From the human T2T-CHM13v2.0 reference genome, Homo sapiens: a stretch of DNA of 64,000 nt. The position numbers and the translations under genes are program-made. The stretch lies in assembly GCF_009914755.1 (NCBI RefSeq), contig NC_060927.1. One strand, given 5' to 3'. Below, piece after piece: positions 1 through 14,687 of this stretch. A model generated the notes under the pieces. That model was not told the DNA's origin. It ran no database searches and worked only from the letters and a program-made list of their open reading frames with translations. Position 1 is the stretch's first letter. Every line of letters begins with the position of its first letter.

Positions 1-536
1 CAGAGAGTCACAACCAAGGCAATGCCTAGCAGAGCCATGGGAGCAAGACTGCCACTGAGAATCTAGAACTGTACAGCTACTAGCATGCAACAGCTACAAG
101 CAGCTACTAGCTAACTTATAAGAGCTTGCTGGACTAAGCCCAGCAAAGTCAAGTCACAGAGCTTGGACTGCCTAAGGCTTTTGGCATCTAACCCTTGAAC
201 CAGTATCTCCAAGGAGCAGAACATGGAGTCAAAGAAGAATATTCTGGATCCTTGAGATTTAATCTTCTCCATCCTGTTGGGTTTTAGACTTACTTAGGAG
301 CTCTTACTCCTCTATTAGTTCCTATTTTTCCTTTTTGGAATGGAAACGTGTACCCATGCCTGTCCCACCATTGCATTTTGGAAGCAGGTAACTTGTTTTC
401 ATAGACTAGCAAATGAGAGTTTGGACTTTGAATTTTTGAGTTGGTGCTGAAATGACTTAATGACTTGTGGCTGTGTGGACAGAATGAATGTATTTGTATT
501 AGAGAAGGATTTGAGTTTGGGAGGCCAGGCATGGAA
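1..536 (+). mobile_element. MaLR (MST/MLT1-type) internal sequence, 3' end
   Basis: MaLR-int-like motifs (GAGTCAAAGAAG...GAGATTTAAT, TACCCATGCCTGTCCCACCATTG), ending in a purine-rich tract abutting an LTR. Confidence 0.7.
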
Positions 537-914
537 TGCTAACATTTGAATGTATATCCCTTCCAACAGTCATGTGGAAACTTAATCCCCATTGTAACAG
601 TATTAAGAGTGTGGAAAATCCAGTTGTGGTATTTGAGAAGTGGAACCTTTGGGAGGTAATCATGACTAGGGGAGGTCATGAGGGTCGGTCATTAGGGGCT
701 TTATAAAAGTGGATAGATCTGAGGTAGGGTGCTGAGTTCTATTTTCATGTGATGCCTTGCACTGCCTTGTAGTTCCTACAAGCAATAAGGCTCTGGCCAG
801 ATGTGGCCCGTAGAACTTGGACTTCTCAGCCTCCATAACTGTAAGAAAAAAATTTTCTTTATAATTTACCCAGTCTAAGGTATTTTGTTATAGCAACAAA
901 AACAGATTAAGATA
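537..914 (+). mobile_element. MaLR LTR (MSTD/MLT1A-like), 3' LTR of the preceding internal segment
   Basis: Starts TGCTA...GAAACTTAATCCCC...GTATTAAGAG and ends TTATAGCAACAAAAACAGATTAAGATA. Confidence 0.75.
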
Positions 915-944
915 ACAATCTTCAAAAATAAGATAAAATAAAAT

Positions 945-1105
945 TGAAACATTCACATTATCTGACTCTAAAAATTATTTATAAGCTATAGTATTCAAAA
1001 AAGTATGGTCATACCATAAGAATCGACTTGTAGATTTTTGGAATAGAATTGAGATTCCAGACACAAAACCGTTTGTCTATGGTCAAGTAATTTTGGACAA
1101 AAAAA
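945..1105 (+). mobile_element. Old L1 (L1M) ORF2 fragment
   Basis: AAGCTATAGTATTCAAAAAAGTATGG...GGAATAGAATTGAGATTCCAGA resembles L1 ORF2 3' region. Confidence 0.6.
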
Positions 1106-1199
1106 TGAAGAAATATATTTAAGTTCTGTAGTCTTTTAAAATTAACATGAATTTTGTTTTGTTTTTAAAGAACAATTTACCAAATATAAAAGTTTTTGG

Positions 1200-1520
1200 G
1201 GCCAGGTGCAATGGCTCACATCTGTAAACCCTGCACTTTTGGAAGCAGAGGCAGGAGGATTCCTTGAGGGCAGGATTCCTTGAGGGCAGAAGACCAGCCT
1301 GGACCCTGTTTTTACAAAAAACTTAAAAAAATTATCCCCACATGGTGACATGCACCTGTACTCCCAGCTACTCGGGAGGCTGAGGTGGAAGAATCCTTTG
1401 AAGCTAGGAGTTTGAGGCTGCAGTGGGCTATAACGATATCACTGCACTCAGCCTGGGCAACAGAGCAATATCCTGTCTCAAAAAATAAAATAATAAAAAA
1501 GTAAAATAAAATAAATAAAA
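1200..1520 (+). mobile_element. AluJ
   Basis: Dimeric Alu with J-type GGAGTTTGAGGCTGCAGTG and an A-rich tail. Confidence 0.9.
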
Positions 1521-3160
1521 GTTGGTTTTCAGATAATACATGTAAAATTCTGGACATTGAGGTATTTTAGTTTTCCAACTCTCATTCTCTACTTTAATCA
1601 AATTAACTCACTCAAAATGCAACATCTTTCAGTGGAAGCTATTTTGTATGCAGTCTTGTCTTCTCTATCACCTAAACATGTTGCCTCTCAAGAAAGCTCT
1701 CAGTAAAGAATATTTGAACTAGAATCTATTGATTAATGAAATAAAAATTGATTTGAGATTCTCAAGGTTTTCTAAAGAGACCTAGGAAGAAATCAGGCAT
1801 GTGATGTTAACAATGACAGTTTCTCAAAGCAGCATAGTAAGAGGGACCAGTTGCAAAAGAGGAGTAAAATGATAATTAAAGGAATAACATTCAGAAGCTA
1901 ATGATGAAACAAGAGAAACATATACTACATAATATCAGGGCGGTGTGTGGAGAGAAAACACTTAAAACTTTTCAAAAGTATGTATGCATTAGGGCCAATA
2001 AAATTCCAAAATAGGCTACCAACAAGGTGGAAGGCAGTCTGCCAGCAGTACAGGCAACATAGCAAAAGGAAGTAATATTTATGTTAGAGACTATGGCTAA
2101 TTCCAAAGCAAAAGAAGAAGAATGTGAGAAAAGACATGCATCAATTACAGCTCACAGAATTGGTTCTTAGCACAGCTGATGGAAGCAGGAAGAAAAATAA
2201 TAATTTAAGTTTAGGTAACTCTAACAAAATGCTGAGTAAGAACACGGAAAGCATTTGAAAATTGTTACAAATGTCTTAAGTGCTATTTTAAAGAAATGAA
2301 GATATAATTATATAGTTCTTTAATTTCAAAGAGAAAAATTGAGAAAATAAAAGTGAAATTTCTGATTAAAAAATTGCAAAACAGCAAAGCTATCTAAAAA
2401 GCTATTTGCTCTGAGATGTTACAACTTTGAAATGAGCAAAATGATCATTAAAGATTAACAATTTAAAGAAACACATTTTTTTTCTAATGCAGCACTTATA
2501 ACAAAAAAGTAAAAGCTTAATGGAAACTATATAGAAATAAATGTCAACACATATTTAGAAATGTTAAAGAAAAAACATTGAAAAATAAACTCAAGATTCA
2601 GCAAAACAGTTCATATTATTATTTAAAATTATCATCATTTTAACGAAGTGGCTTCTCATATTCAGGGTATAGCGTGTGCACAGGGCAGAGAGGGAAGAAG
2701 GTATTTGAGCACATGTGCACACAAGGACGTGTTGCGCAAATTCTGATGTATATTTTCAAGATAAGCATAATTATAATTAAGCTTAATTTCATGTATACAT
2801 AAACAATATATATTTTAATTAACAAAATACAAGTGAGAGTATTCCTGCTTTTGCAAGTAAACCCAAAGCAAAACAAAACGGAAGCCATTCTATCATAATA
2901 TCTGATAAATATTTATCGTATATTTTTCTATATTTATCTAGTATCTTTTATATGTTCCTTTCTTTGCTCTGCCTTTATGGAAGACTGGCATGTGTGTCAC
3001 CAATATTAAACTATCCATTTGATTCCAAAGCTGAAAATAAAAGTCAACATATAGTTTTTAGGTTTTGTTGAGCTTAGTTTAGGTTTTGTTTAGTTTTTCA
3101 CAAATTTAAAATGTGAAATACCAGTTGTACCTAACAAAAATCTCTTTAAGATGGAATTGA

Positions 3161-3534
<374 letters not shown>

Positions 3535-3871
3535 TGAAACTTTTCTATTTCTTCTCACAGATGTATGACGGATCATGAAAACAGACTTGGATTTTTACTC
3601 ATGAAAAATGCTAATAATTAAAGATGCCTTTGTGAGTGCATTAAAATGCATTTTAACCAAGAAGGTATACAAAATTATGGTAAGTAAATATTTAGAAAAC
3701 TCAGAATTTGAGTCATAGTATTTATTTTCTGCTCTTATTTTTTTTAGTATATCAAGTTCTAATCTGCAAAACACCTAGAAATGCCACACGAATGATTAAG
3801 CTGTTGCAATATTGCCATTTGATATAATTGCTATAATGGCTGCTGTAAAATTATTTTAGAAAAAAAAATTA

Positions 3872-4245
<374 letters not shown>

Positions 4246-4694
4246 TTATGTCCTTTTTTAAACTTTATTAGATCTTCCAAGAAAAATATTTAATGTCATA
4301 TAATGTAATTTAATGGAAATAGTTTGTTGTTGCCGTAAAATCCCCATTTCTGGCAAGAAAATGGACTACTCACCAGAAAGCCCTCGAAACATTCTCCCTG
4401 TTTGCTAGAAGTTCTTCTACCTCAAATCCCCTCCACAGTGAAGATATTGTTGATTATACTTCCCCAACGTGGTTTAATTTAGGAGAAAATAGCAAGTGAA
4501 GAAGATGATAAAAACATGAAAAAATGCCTTTCCACATTTTCTTTTTTGTTGTTTTTTTTTTTTTTTTTGAAACTACCACGCAGATATTACACACTCTCTA
4601 TCAATTTTCTTAAATTGGAGGATATATGGCGTGGGGGAGAAATGTCCATCTTGTTAACATTAAGACACTCCTGACTGTCCTTTCTCTTCCACCA

Positions 4695-5059
4695 CTGTCT
4701 TAAGCTGATTGAGTTGCTATAAAAAAGTACCATAAACTGGGTGGCTTTTAAACCGCAGAAATGCATTTCTCACAGTTCTGGAGGCTGATAAATCCAAGGT
4801 CAAATCACCAGTAGATTTGGCGTCTGGGAGGTCTCTCTTTCCGGTTCTAGACAGTGTCTTCTCACTGTGTCCTCACATGGTGGAAGGGACAAGTGAGCTC
4901 TCTGGGGTTTCATTTATAAGGACGTGAATCCCATTCATGAGAGATATAGCCTTATAACCTAATTATATCCCAAATGGCTTCCTAATACCAAAATCTTGAG
5001 GGTTAGGATTTCATATATGAATTGGGGGTGGGGGGCACAGAAATATTTACTTCATAGCA
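4695..5059 (-). mobile_element. MaLR solo LTR (MLT1A-like)
   Basis: TACCATAAACTGGGTGGCTT...ATTTCTCACAGTTCTGGAGGCTG...CATAGCA. Confidence 0.8.
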
Positions 5060-5407
5060 ACCAACCACTATGATGCTGGGAGAAGGTTTAAAATAGAGAA
5101 AAAGAAATCCTGGGAGAGGGAACAAAAAAGAAAAAAATACCCAACTATGACTAGCATTTTGCAATTCGCCATATTAATTTGTCCTCCATGAAAACCCCTA
5201 TAGCCACTCTGCTCAGCTTATTCCCTATTTCCAGTAGTCATTTCCCCAGAATCACAAGTTTCAGCTCATGCTCTGGGCCACTGACCCCCACCCAACTACA
5301 CCAGTCCCACATTCTGTTTACAAGAAAACCAGCTCTCAGACATAAATATCATCAATACTTTGTAGTGTGGGTTTTGTGGCACCCAAAACACTTTACAATG
5401 CATTATT

Positions 5408-5542
5408 CTATTTTATTTTATTTTATTTTATTTTATTTTATTTTATTTTATTTTATTTTATTTTATTTTATTTTATTTTATTTTTAGATGGAGTCTCGCT
5501 CTGTCACTCAGGCTGGAGTGCAGTGTTGTGATCTCAGCTCAC
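5408..5542 (-). mobile_element. 5'-truncated Alu (~58 bp body) with (ATTTT)15 tail and 14-bp TSD
   Basis: TACAATGCATTATT at 5394-5407 and 5543-5556 flanks an Alu 3' end. Confidence 0.88.
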
Positions 5543-5572
5543 TACAATGCATTATTTTAAAATAAGATTGTT

Positions 5573-5646
5573 GGCCGGGTGCAGTGGCTCATACCTGTAA
5601 TCCCAGCACTTTGGGAAGCCGAGGCAGGTGGATCCCTTGAGCTCAG
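5573..5646 (+). mobile_element. Alu left-arm fragment, no tail
   Basis: GGCCGGGTGCAGTGGCTCA...GAGCTCAG followed by unrelated sequence. Confidence 0.85.
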
Positions 5647-8600
5647 TAATAAGGCTAGTATTTTGGCTTCCAAATGCTTATTATTTAACTTAGTTTTCAA
5701 TTTGTTTACAATCCCAGCTGAGAAGGAACAGTGACAAATACTGAGTCTTTCAAAGACCCCCAAAATGGGTTCAGAATTAAGAAATGTTGAGAACCCAAAA
5801 CAAAACAAAACAAAAATGACCATTTGCAGAGGGGAAATATATTAGGGAAAGAATTTGGTGGGACCAGGACCAGTGGCTTTGAGCTTTGTGCTCCAGGGTA
5901 TTTTGATCTATACTGTGTATAGCAGCTTATGTTGGGACTAGCGTGTATTTACAGCGATGCTATTGGCTTTTATGTTCTGTGTGCTAGGCAAGAGGCTTTG
6001 GCATATAGTTTACCTTGGCAAATGACAGCTGCATGAGAGGATTAGCACTACCAAAGGCATGGGCCACATGGGCCTCAGCAAAAATCATGGGAGGCCTTTG
6101 CCAAATGTGGGGAACTTTAGGATAGAGGCTGCTGAGTCTTTAGCTTGAACTACATCTAGAATATATATGCTGGCATTCAGGGCAGATGCTGACAGATCAC
6201 AAAGGCCTCAGTAAGCAGGAACAGTTGAGGCAAATATACAATTATAGGAAAAAGAGTGTCTTCACAGGCTATTAAGGCACTGGTTGGCAAAACAATCTCT
6301 ACTAGTTTAAAACTGCAGCTGTGTTAGATTTGTGCTAGCTACACTGTGCAGGTTCTAACTTCGGATTATGAGTTACAGACTTAAGAATGTAGCTGAGTCT
6401 TCTAGAATAGAAAAATAAAATTAGATAATCAGAAAATACTAAAAAAAAAGAAAGCAAAACAAGAAACAAACTGTCAACCACTTATCACAGGGGTGCAGAA
6501 AATGTAGCAACAATGAAATGCTACTCAAAAGTTGTAACATTAAAGCAAAGGAAAGACTACGACTCATGCCTTGTTCTTATTAGGCCACTAGGGGCCAGAG
6601 ACATCCACAGCAGTTTCAGCTACAGAGGATGTCTTTTTAACTGAGACCAAAGTTTTGGAGGGTAAACATTTTTTAGGAAAAGGTTTCTTAGGCCTTACGC
6701 AGTACATTGCAATTTGTGGAAATGATCCAGGAATGACAACGCCTGTTTGTATGAGAATGTGCACTCTACGTTGCCAGATTGAACCTGTACTCAAGTCATT
6801 ATTGGAGTGCCAGAAACATGGGACTTAAAGAGCAATGGCAATTAATGTGGTAATCACAACTCCATGATTAATTGTTGGACAGGAATGAGTTTTCATTCAG
6901 GTGATTTTGGAGACATGGCAAAGAATGAATGATCTTTTGGTCCAGGGAGGCTAAATTCAATTTTTACTCCATCCTCTCTCCTTTACTATCTTAACACTGA
7001 AACTCCACTATGGTCTCTTATAGCATGAAGAAAGACTTCTGAGAACAAAATTTGGCTAGGGATAAACTGTTCTAGATGTGATGGACTGCTTCTAATCTAC
7101 ATTTGGGTAGCTTTGGTTTTGTACATAAAATATGATGTGTATGATTAACTCTTTGGACCCTCTAAAAGTGAGCCATATCATCTATGGCTAATACAACTCA
7201 AGAGGCTCTAAAGAACTGAACCCATTCCCATGACAGATAGTTCTGGTTGTAGTTACTAAAGAAACATGGCTCAGGCACTGAGAACCAACTGTTTGAGAAT
7301 ATACAAAATTTGTAGTTAGGGTGGGGAAATTTTACATTAATTTATTCAAAATAAAATATTGCAAGAGTAAAGATAATTTCAATATGAACTTCAATTTCTC
7401 TGGGTTTTAACATTTTAGGACTTTAATTTGCAAGGAGGTTTATTCTTTCTGACTTTAGTTCTCCCAAGTCACAATAGGAAGGAGATTATATTCAAATTTG
7501 GGACATCTCTTTGTTCCTAGAATTTTATTGAAATGTCTTTATATATTTTGTTCTTAAAGTACGTTGCCTTCAATTTCAAGGTAGGTCTGAAATGGGCTGT
7601 ATTGGACTAAGTGAATTTACATTTGTAATGGAAAATGGAATAGGGAACAATTATTTAGCATTACTAAAATGAAAACTTGGATTTGGTACAATTAATATGT
7701 TTTGATTCATTTGTATCCTTCGGTGACTCCTGGAGGATAGCAAAAACGTGCAGTGGTTGGGATTGGGAACATGGCAGCATGAAGGTGGGAGCAGACGTGT
7801 CCAGAGTGATGGTCAGCCTTCTTGCCAGAGGAAAATAGCCAAAACTCTGCTTGACTGTAGATTTAACAATGAAGCCCACTTAAGTAAAGGAAAAACAACA
7901 ATAAAACCAAACCAAACCAAAACTGTGGCATATCATGGTAACTATATTGGGAAGAGCACACTTTTCTTGTAAAGTTTTCTTTGTGTGAAGGAGCCTCAAT
8001 TACTATGAAACTTTTGGCTTCTCTCTAGCTCGAGGGAGATGCGATGCCTGATTGGTAATTTTGGGAATAATATTTTTGACATAATTTGTTCCTTCTTCTC
8101 TTCCTCATCTCGGGAGGGAAATGCTCACAGGGAAAGAACATTCTCTTTTGTTAAGGGTTTTGTTTTTAGTGTCACAGAATTACACAGGTTGAGCACTACT
8201 TCTCCCCACCCCCTCCTCAACCCTCTCTTTAGAAGGGCTAATGCCGTGACAGAAAAGTGCATTTGATGGTGTTTATAACTATGAAGATTCAGGGTTCAAT
8301 TAGCAGAACCCCTTGACGAACATAAAGGGTTCAACTTGTTATTTGTCAGGTAAATAGCTGATATTTTGGCCCCCAAACCTTATTCTTTGTATTATTTATC
8401 AAAATTTTCAGATCCTAGGTGGTATTTAAAAGTATTATTTAATAGTCCCATTTAAAGACAGAAACACAAATAAACATTTACAATACAAACCATTGTTAAG
8501 TTTAGGTTGCTGAAAATCAGCTATAATTCTACCGTTTCTCCTATATGTAAAGCCAGCAGAAAGGCAACTTTGGCTGCAGGCTGTTTCTTCCAAAACACAT

Positions 8601-11600
8601 GGTAGCTGCGAGCAAAATTCACTCTCATTTAAATCAGTGTATCTCAGAATCTAGAGAACAATGTGATCAGTCTTTTGCAGAATTATGCAGACATGGAAAA
8701 TAATACTTCACATTTAAATAGATACAAATAAACAGGATTTTAGATACTAAGTTACACTAACTATGATACTGTTTTTATTTATGTTGAAAAAGAAAAGTGA
8801 CCATTTACCTCTATGGAAGAAGCACTGGTTAGAATTATGAAATCAGAATTTTTGGTTAAACATGTTATCTGTGAATTGTTCATATAATTTTTAAAACATA
8901 ACGGCTCTGTAGTGTTATTAAATAAATGACGTTTCGGAAAGTCCAAAGAGTGTGAAAATTTTTGTTTTCTAAGTGATGCAAAATGGAATATGTGGTAAGG
9001 ATAAAATCCCTCTAGGGTTTTTGGAATGTAGACCAGTAATGAAAGCATAGAACCTAGTTTATGAGTTAGAAGGATAATATGTACTATAGAAATAATAGGA
9101 GGGCAAGTGGGAAAATTAAAAATATAGAAGCTTTGTGTGCCTAAGGAAAGGCATTGACATTTTCAAATGATATTTGGTAATGCCATTTCTGTAAATATGT
9201 TTAAAGTACAGAAACTTTTTGCATGAAAAACCTGTGGAAATTCTCCTTGGGAAGTCTTGAGGGACAACAAAGAAAGCTTTCAAAAACAGTGCTGGTTTTC
9301 ACTTTGTGGAGTGGATATCTCAGATATTCTAATGTATGCAGAGGTAAAGGATTTAGTGTTCCAGCAACTTCTATTCTAACTTTCTTATCTCATTCTCTTC
9401 CTTCACAAGGACTCATTTCGGGGATAGGAAGTGCACATCAGAGGGTGTGGATCTGACCATGGTGCTGATTTCTTTTTCAATAGGACTTCCATATTATCAC
9501 CTCAGTGTAAAAAGAATAAAGCATATTTTGTAATAATGATAATTTTATATCTCTGTTTGCTTAGGTTTGCTAAAGGAGAATATAAGCAATCACAATATTC
9601 AAGATTTAAAGTAATGTTGATCTGGCATTTACTACCTTTACAACTTGATAAAATTATTTAAACTTTCTGAGTTCAGGTTATTTGTTTATAAATTGATATC
9701 GATAATAGATATATTTTATTGGATTGATGATTATATATGGTATTATGAAAGCATCTTACCTAGAAAAAAAATCACAATAAATGTTATATCTCTTTCTCCT
9801 CCACTATAATCATTTACTGAAGAACAAATGCCTAATTCATTATCAACATGTAGCAGTCTGGATGACTGCATTCCTATGATACTGGTTGCTGAGACAGTTG
9901 ATCATATAAACTTGATTATATATGAGACATTTTTATACTGAATAGTTTTAAAAATTGTCTAAATATATTGGTGTAATCTGAATATGATCTTTCAATTTCT
10001 AGGTGGATGTCATATGATAGAGACATTTTTGGAGGTAGACAATTTACCATTTTTTGCCAAAACTATCCAGTGAATAAACAATACCCAGAAGGACTTCAAC
10101 AATGTTGCTGTGGGAACACACACCATCTTTAGCATTTGGCTGTGCATCAGGAAACATTTTGTTCTATTATTCTCTTTCTATTTAAAATGTTCTGTGTCCT
10201 TAGACAAGTCATTAAAATCTTTATATGCCTTTTTTAATATATTCAATCATTTTATGCTATGAAGGTGGCTGGTTAAAATAGTCTGTATACATTCATTCAG
10301 TTCAAACAAAAAACAAAATAAAAAAATCACAAGAAAAATGTAAGCATAGATCTATAATTTCCTGGATCTCAAACTCTACCAGCTGAGTTTGATTCCAAAA
10401 CTTTTCTTCTTTTCTCTAAACAAGGGGTCAGCTAGGAATTCCATCCATAAAATGTATTTGGTTTTTCATCAAGTTCTTCTGCTTTTGTCCTGAACTTGGG
10501 GTCTTTCTCTAAGCATTGTGCTCTCAAATTCTGTTTTCATGTTGCTCAAAATTCCTTTTTGGGACTTCAAATTTGCATTTCATTTTATCTGATCCTAGGT
10601 ATCAGAATCCTGGTCTTCACTCTTGCTTATCAAACTCTATAGGCATAAAATATGTCATTCTGCCTTGCTGAACTAAATACTTTCTCTGAAAGCAATCTCA
10701 TAAAATGTAGAGAGCTAGCAAGCTAACTCTATTTCATCCAAGTCTAAGGCTTTATCCAAATCCTAACAAATAACAAACTCTTTCCTGGAGTACCAGTAAG
10801 GTAATTTAAGATTGAAATTCTTATGACGTGTGTGTGTGTGTGTGCACGCACATGTGTTTGTTGTAAAAATTTAGGTAAAATAATTAAGAACACGTCTAAT
10901 GTGACACGGAGTTTGCCTGGGTTGCTTTGATCTTAGAAGCCCAAACTAGAATTTAAAATGACCTTGATAAATTAGAGTAGTCATTCATCAAAAACAGTAT
11001 GAAATTTAATAGGGACAAGTGCAAGGAGGCACACAGGGGAAACAACTAAGTATGCATGCAATAAGCGCAGGGGTGACTCTAAGCAATTCTTAAAAAAAAA
11101 ATGTGAAAATTATAGGGGAGAAAAGCTGGAAATTAATCAGCATTTAACTGTTGTTAATTTTCAAGAACTGATATGACACTTAGATACACAGTATTATGAT
11201 CTATCATAGAAAAGCAGAAAAGTAATCTTTTGGCTCAGTAAAATCTGAGGATAATCCTCTTCTACATTTTGCCAGTAGTGAGAACTTTATTACAGCAGTA
11301 TGTTTATTCGTTCCATAACTATTTTTTGAGACACTACGTGTCCTGTGTAAAGTGTTAAAAATTGTCATTTGCTACATCCTTCTAACTATCATGGGTAACA
11401 AAATAACATTTGTATCACTATAAATGTCCCTTGTATTACATTTTCTAATTTTATTGTATTCTGTCTTGGGACATTTGTTACATTTTGTCTGTGCAGCATC
11501 TTCTCTTTTAGAATTTTGTCCTCCCTTCTGGCGAGATAATTTAATGAAATATCTATACTTCACTGTCTGCCACTGGCCAATCCACCAAAGTGAGTCATTG

Positions 11601-12540
11601 AAGGATGAGCACATAATAAAAAGTGAACTGTTTCTAAGTCATTCAAGGATCCTGTCAGAGTTATAAAGAAATAGCTCTTTTCTTCACTCTGGAACCTGTA
11701 AACATAAGTATAGGGTAAGCCAGAAATCTGTTGACCCTCTTTGTTTGTCTGTGTGGAGAGCTTGATTAGTCCTCAATGAATCCAAAAGAAATTAGAGTTC
11801 ATATTTGGATGAAATGAAACACAATTCTAATTATATCACTGAGTCATTAGAATCAAAGTGGACTTTTTACACCTCATTTGGACTTTAAAGTTAAATGAAC
11901 TAATAGATTTTTTTCTTCTTCTTAAGCTAATTTGATTTGGATTTGTGACACTTGCAACCAAAGAGTTTAGACTAATATATACATATGTATTTGTTTATAT
12001 TAATAGACTGTACTGTAAGGTAATACTTGGAGTAAGGAGGTTCTCTTCTCCCCAACTCCTATGCCAAGATGATGATTTTAATATCAGTGTTACCAGAAAG
12101 AGGCAAATATATAGCAAAATAAACAAACTGCATTAGGTAGCACATTGACATACTTGAGAGGTAAATCTTATTTCCTCCAAATTGTAATGTCTGAAATTTA
12201 GAGCTAGGGTCATGAAAATACCATGGTAGTGATGATGAAGGCTAATATGATGCATATCAGATGAAAGGGGTGATGTTTAATTTTGTGTGTCAATATGACT
12301 GGGCCACAGGGTACCCAATATTTGGTTATATTTCTTTGTAAGTATGTTTATGAATGAGGTTAACATTTGAATCAATAGACTGTATAACAGATTTCCTACT
12401 CCAATGCATCTGGGCCTCATCCAACCCACTGAATGTTTGAATAGAATATAAGGCTGAGTAAGAAAGAATCCTCTCTCTCTCTGCCTATTTTCAAGTTGGG
12501 GCATCAGTCATCTCCTGCCTTTGGACTTGGATGCAGACAA

Positions 12541-13064
12541 TGCATTAGTTAGCATTCTCTAGAAAAACAGAACCAATAGTAATTTTATTCTGGAAATTGG
12601 CTCATGTAAATATGGAGGCTGAGAAGTCCCGCCATCTTTCATCTGCAAAGTAGAGAACAAAGAACGCTGGTGGTCTAATTCAGTGAGTCTGAAGACCTGA
12701 GAACCAGTGGTGATGTGGGGGAAGGAGGAGTAGAACCTGGTGTCAGTCCCAGAATTCAAAGGCATAAGAACCAGGGGCTCTGATGTGTGAGGGCAAGAGA
12801 AAATGGGTGTCCCAGCTTAGGGAGAGGGAGAGGGAATTTTTTCTTTCTCCACCTTTCTCCATTATTTTATTCTACTAGAGCCCTCAACAAATTGGAGGAT
12901 GCCAACTCACACCGGTGAGGGTAAATCTTCTTTACTTAGTCTACTGATTCAAATGGTAATCGCTTCCAGAAACACCCTCACAGATACATCCAGAAATCAT
13001 ATCTTATCAGCTATATGGACATCTGTAAGCACAGTCTGGTTGACATATAAAATAAACCATCACA
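12541..13064 (-). mobile_element. Second MLT2-family LTR inserted in opposite orientation
   Basis: TG...CA termini, with 5-bp TSD GACAA (12536-12540) / GACTA (13065-13069). Confidence 0.8.
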
Positions 13065-13330
13065 GACTAAAGTTATATCATCAGTTTTCCTGGGTCTTCA
13101 GCTCTCTGACAGTAAATCTTGGGACTTCTCAGCCTCCATAACCCTGTGAACCAACTCCTTATAATTCCTTATCATAAATATCATTATGATATCCTTATGC
13201 AGAAGAATGAAACCAGACACTTATCTCTCACCATATACAAAAGCCAAATCAAAATGAATTATAGACTCAAATCTAAGACCTCAAATTATGAAACCACTAC
13301 AAGAAAACATTGGAGAAAATCTCCAGAACA

Positions 13331-13432
13331 GGCGGAGGTTGCAGTGAGCCGAGACTGGGTCACTGCACTCCAGCCTGGGTGACAGAGCGATACTCAGTCT
13401 CAAAAAAGAAAAGAAAAGAAAAGAGAAGGAAA

Positions 13433-13488
<56 letters not shown>

Positions 13489-13500
13489 AGGAAGGAAGGA

Positions 13501-13540
<40 letters not shown>

Positions 13541-13605
13541 GAGGAAAGGAAGAAAGAAAGAGAGACAAGAAAGAAAGAAAGAGAAAAGAAAGAAGGAAGG
13601 AAGGA

Positions 13606-13652
<47 letters not shown>

Positions 13653-13717
13653 GAAAGGAAGAAAGAAAGGAAAGGAAGAAAGAAAGAAAGAAAGAAAGAG
13701 AAAAGAAAAGAAAAGAC
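13331..13717 (+). mobile_element. 5'-truncated Alu (~70 bp) with ~315-bp (GAAA)n-derived tail, inside L1
   Basis: TSD TCTCCAGAACA at 13320-13330 and 13718-13728. Confidence 0.88.
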
Positions 13718-14687
13718 TCTCCAGAACATTGCATTGGTCTGGGCAATAATTTCTTGAGTAATATCCCAAAAGCACAGGAAACCAAAGCAAAAATGGACAA
13801 ATGAGATCACATCAAGTTAAAAAGCTTCTGCACAGCAAAGGAAACAATCAATAAAATAAAAAAACCACCCACAGATTGGGAGGGATTTATAACCAGAAAG
13901 TATAAAGAGCTCAAACAACTCTACATGAAAAAGAAAATCATAATCTGATAAAAAAAAAAAAAACCCATGGGCAAAATATTTCAATACACATTTCTCAAAA
14001 GAAAACATACAGATGGCAAACAGGCATATGAAAAGGTGCTCAACATCATTGATTATCAGGGAAATGCAAATCAAAACTACAATGAATATCAACTCACAGG
14101 AATTAAAATAGCTTATGTCCAAAAGGCAGGTAATCGCAAATGCTGGTGAGGATGGGGAGAAAAGGGAACCATTCTATGCTGTTGATGGAAATGCAAATTT
14201 GTGCAAACACTATGGAGAACAGTTTGGAGGTTCCTCAACAAACTAAAAATAGAGGTATCATAAGATCCCACAATGTCACTGCTGGGTATATACCCAAAAG
14301 AAAGGAAATCAGTATATTTAAGAGATATCTGCACTTCTTTGTTTGTTACAGCACTGTTCACAATCGCCAAAATTTCAAAATTTTGGATAAAGAAATGGAT
14401 AAAGGAAAAGTGGTACATATATACAATGGAGTACTATTCAGCTGTGAAAAAGAATGAGATCCTGTTATTTGCAACGACATGGATGGAACTGGAGATCATT
14501 ACATTAAGTGAAATAAGCCAAGCATAGAAAGATAAACATCACGTTATCAGTTATTTGTGGGATATAAGATCATAACAATTGAACTCATGGTCGCAGAGAG
14601 TGGAAGAATGTTTACCAGGGACTGGGAATTGTAATAGGGGAATTGGAGAAAGGTGGGGATGGTTAACGGGTGTAAAAAAAAAAATAG

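Noticed and set aside
13281-13810. Four long ORFs (136-169 aa) rich in K/E/R or F/L/S
   Set aside because: Translations of the (GAAA)n tract and flanking Alu/L1 sequence; not genes.
14140-14527. ORFs resembling L1 ORF2 C-terminus
   Set aside because: Frameshifted remnants of a truncated old L1; non-functional.
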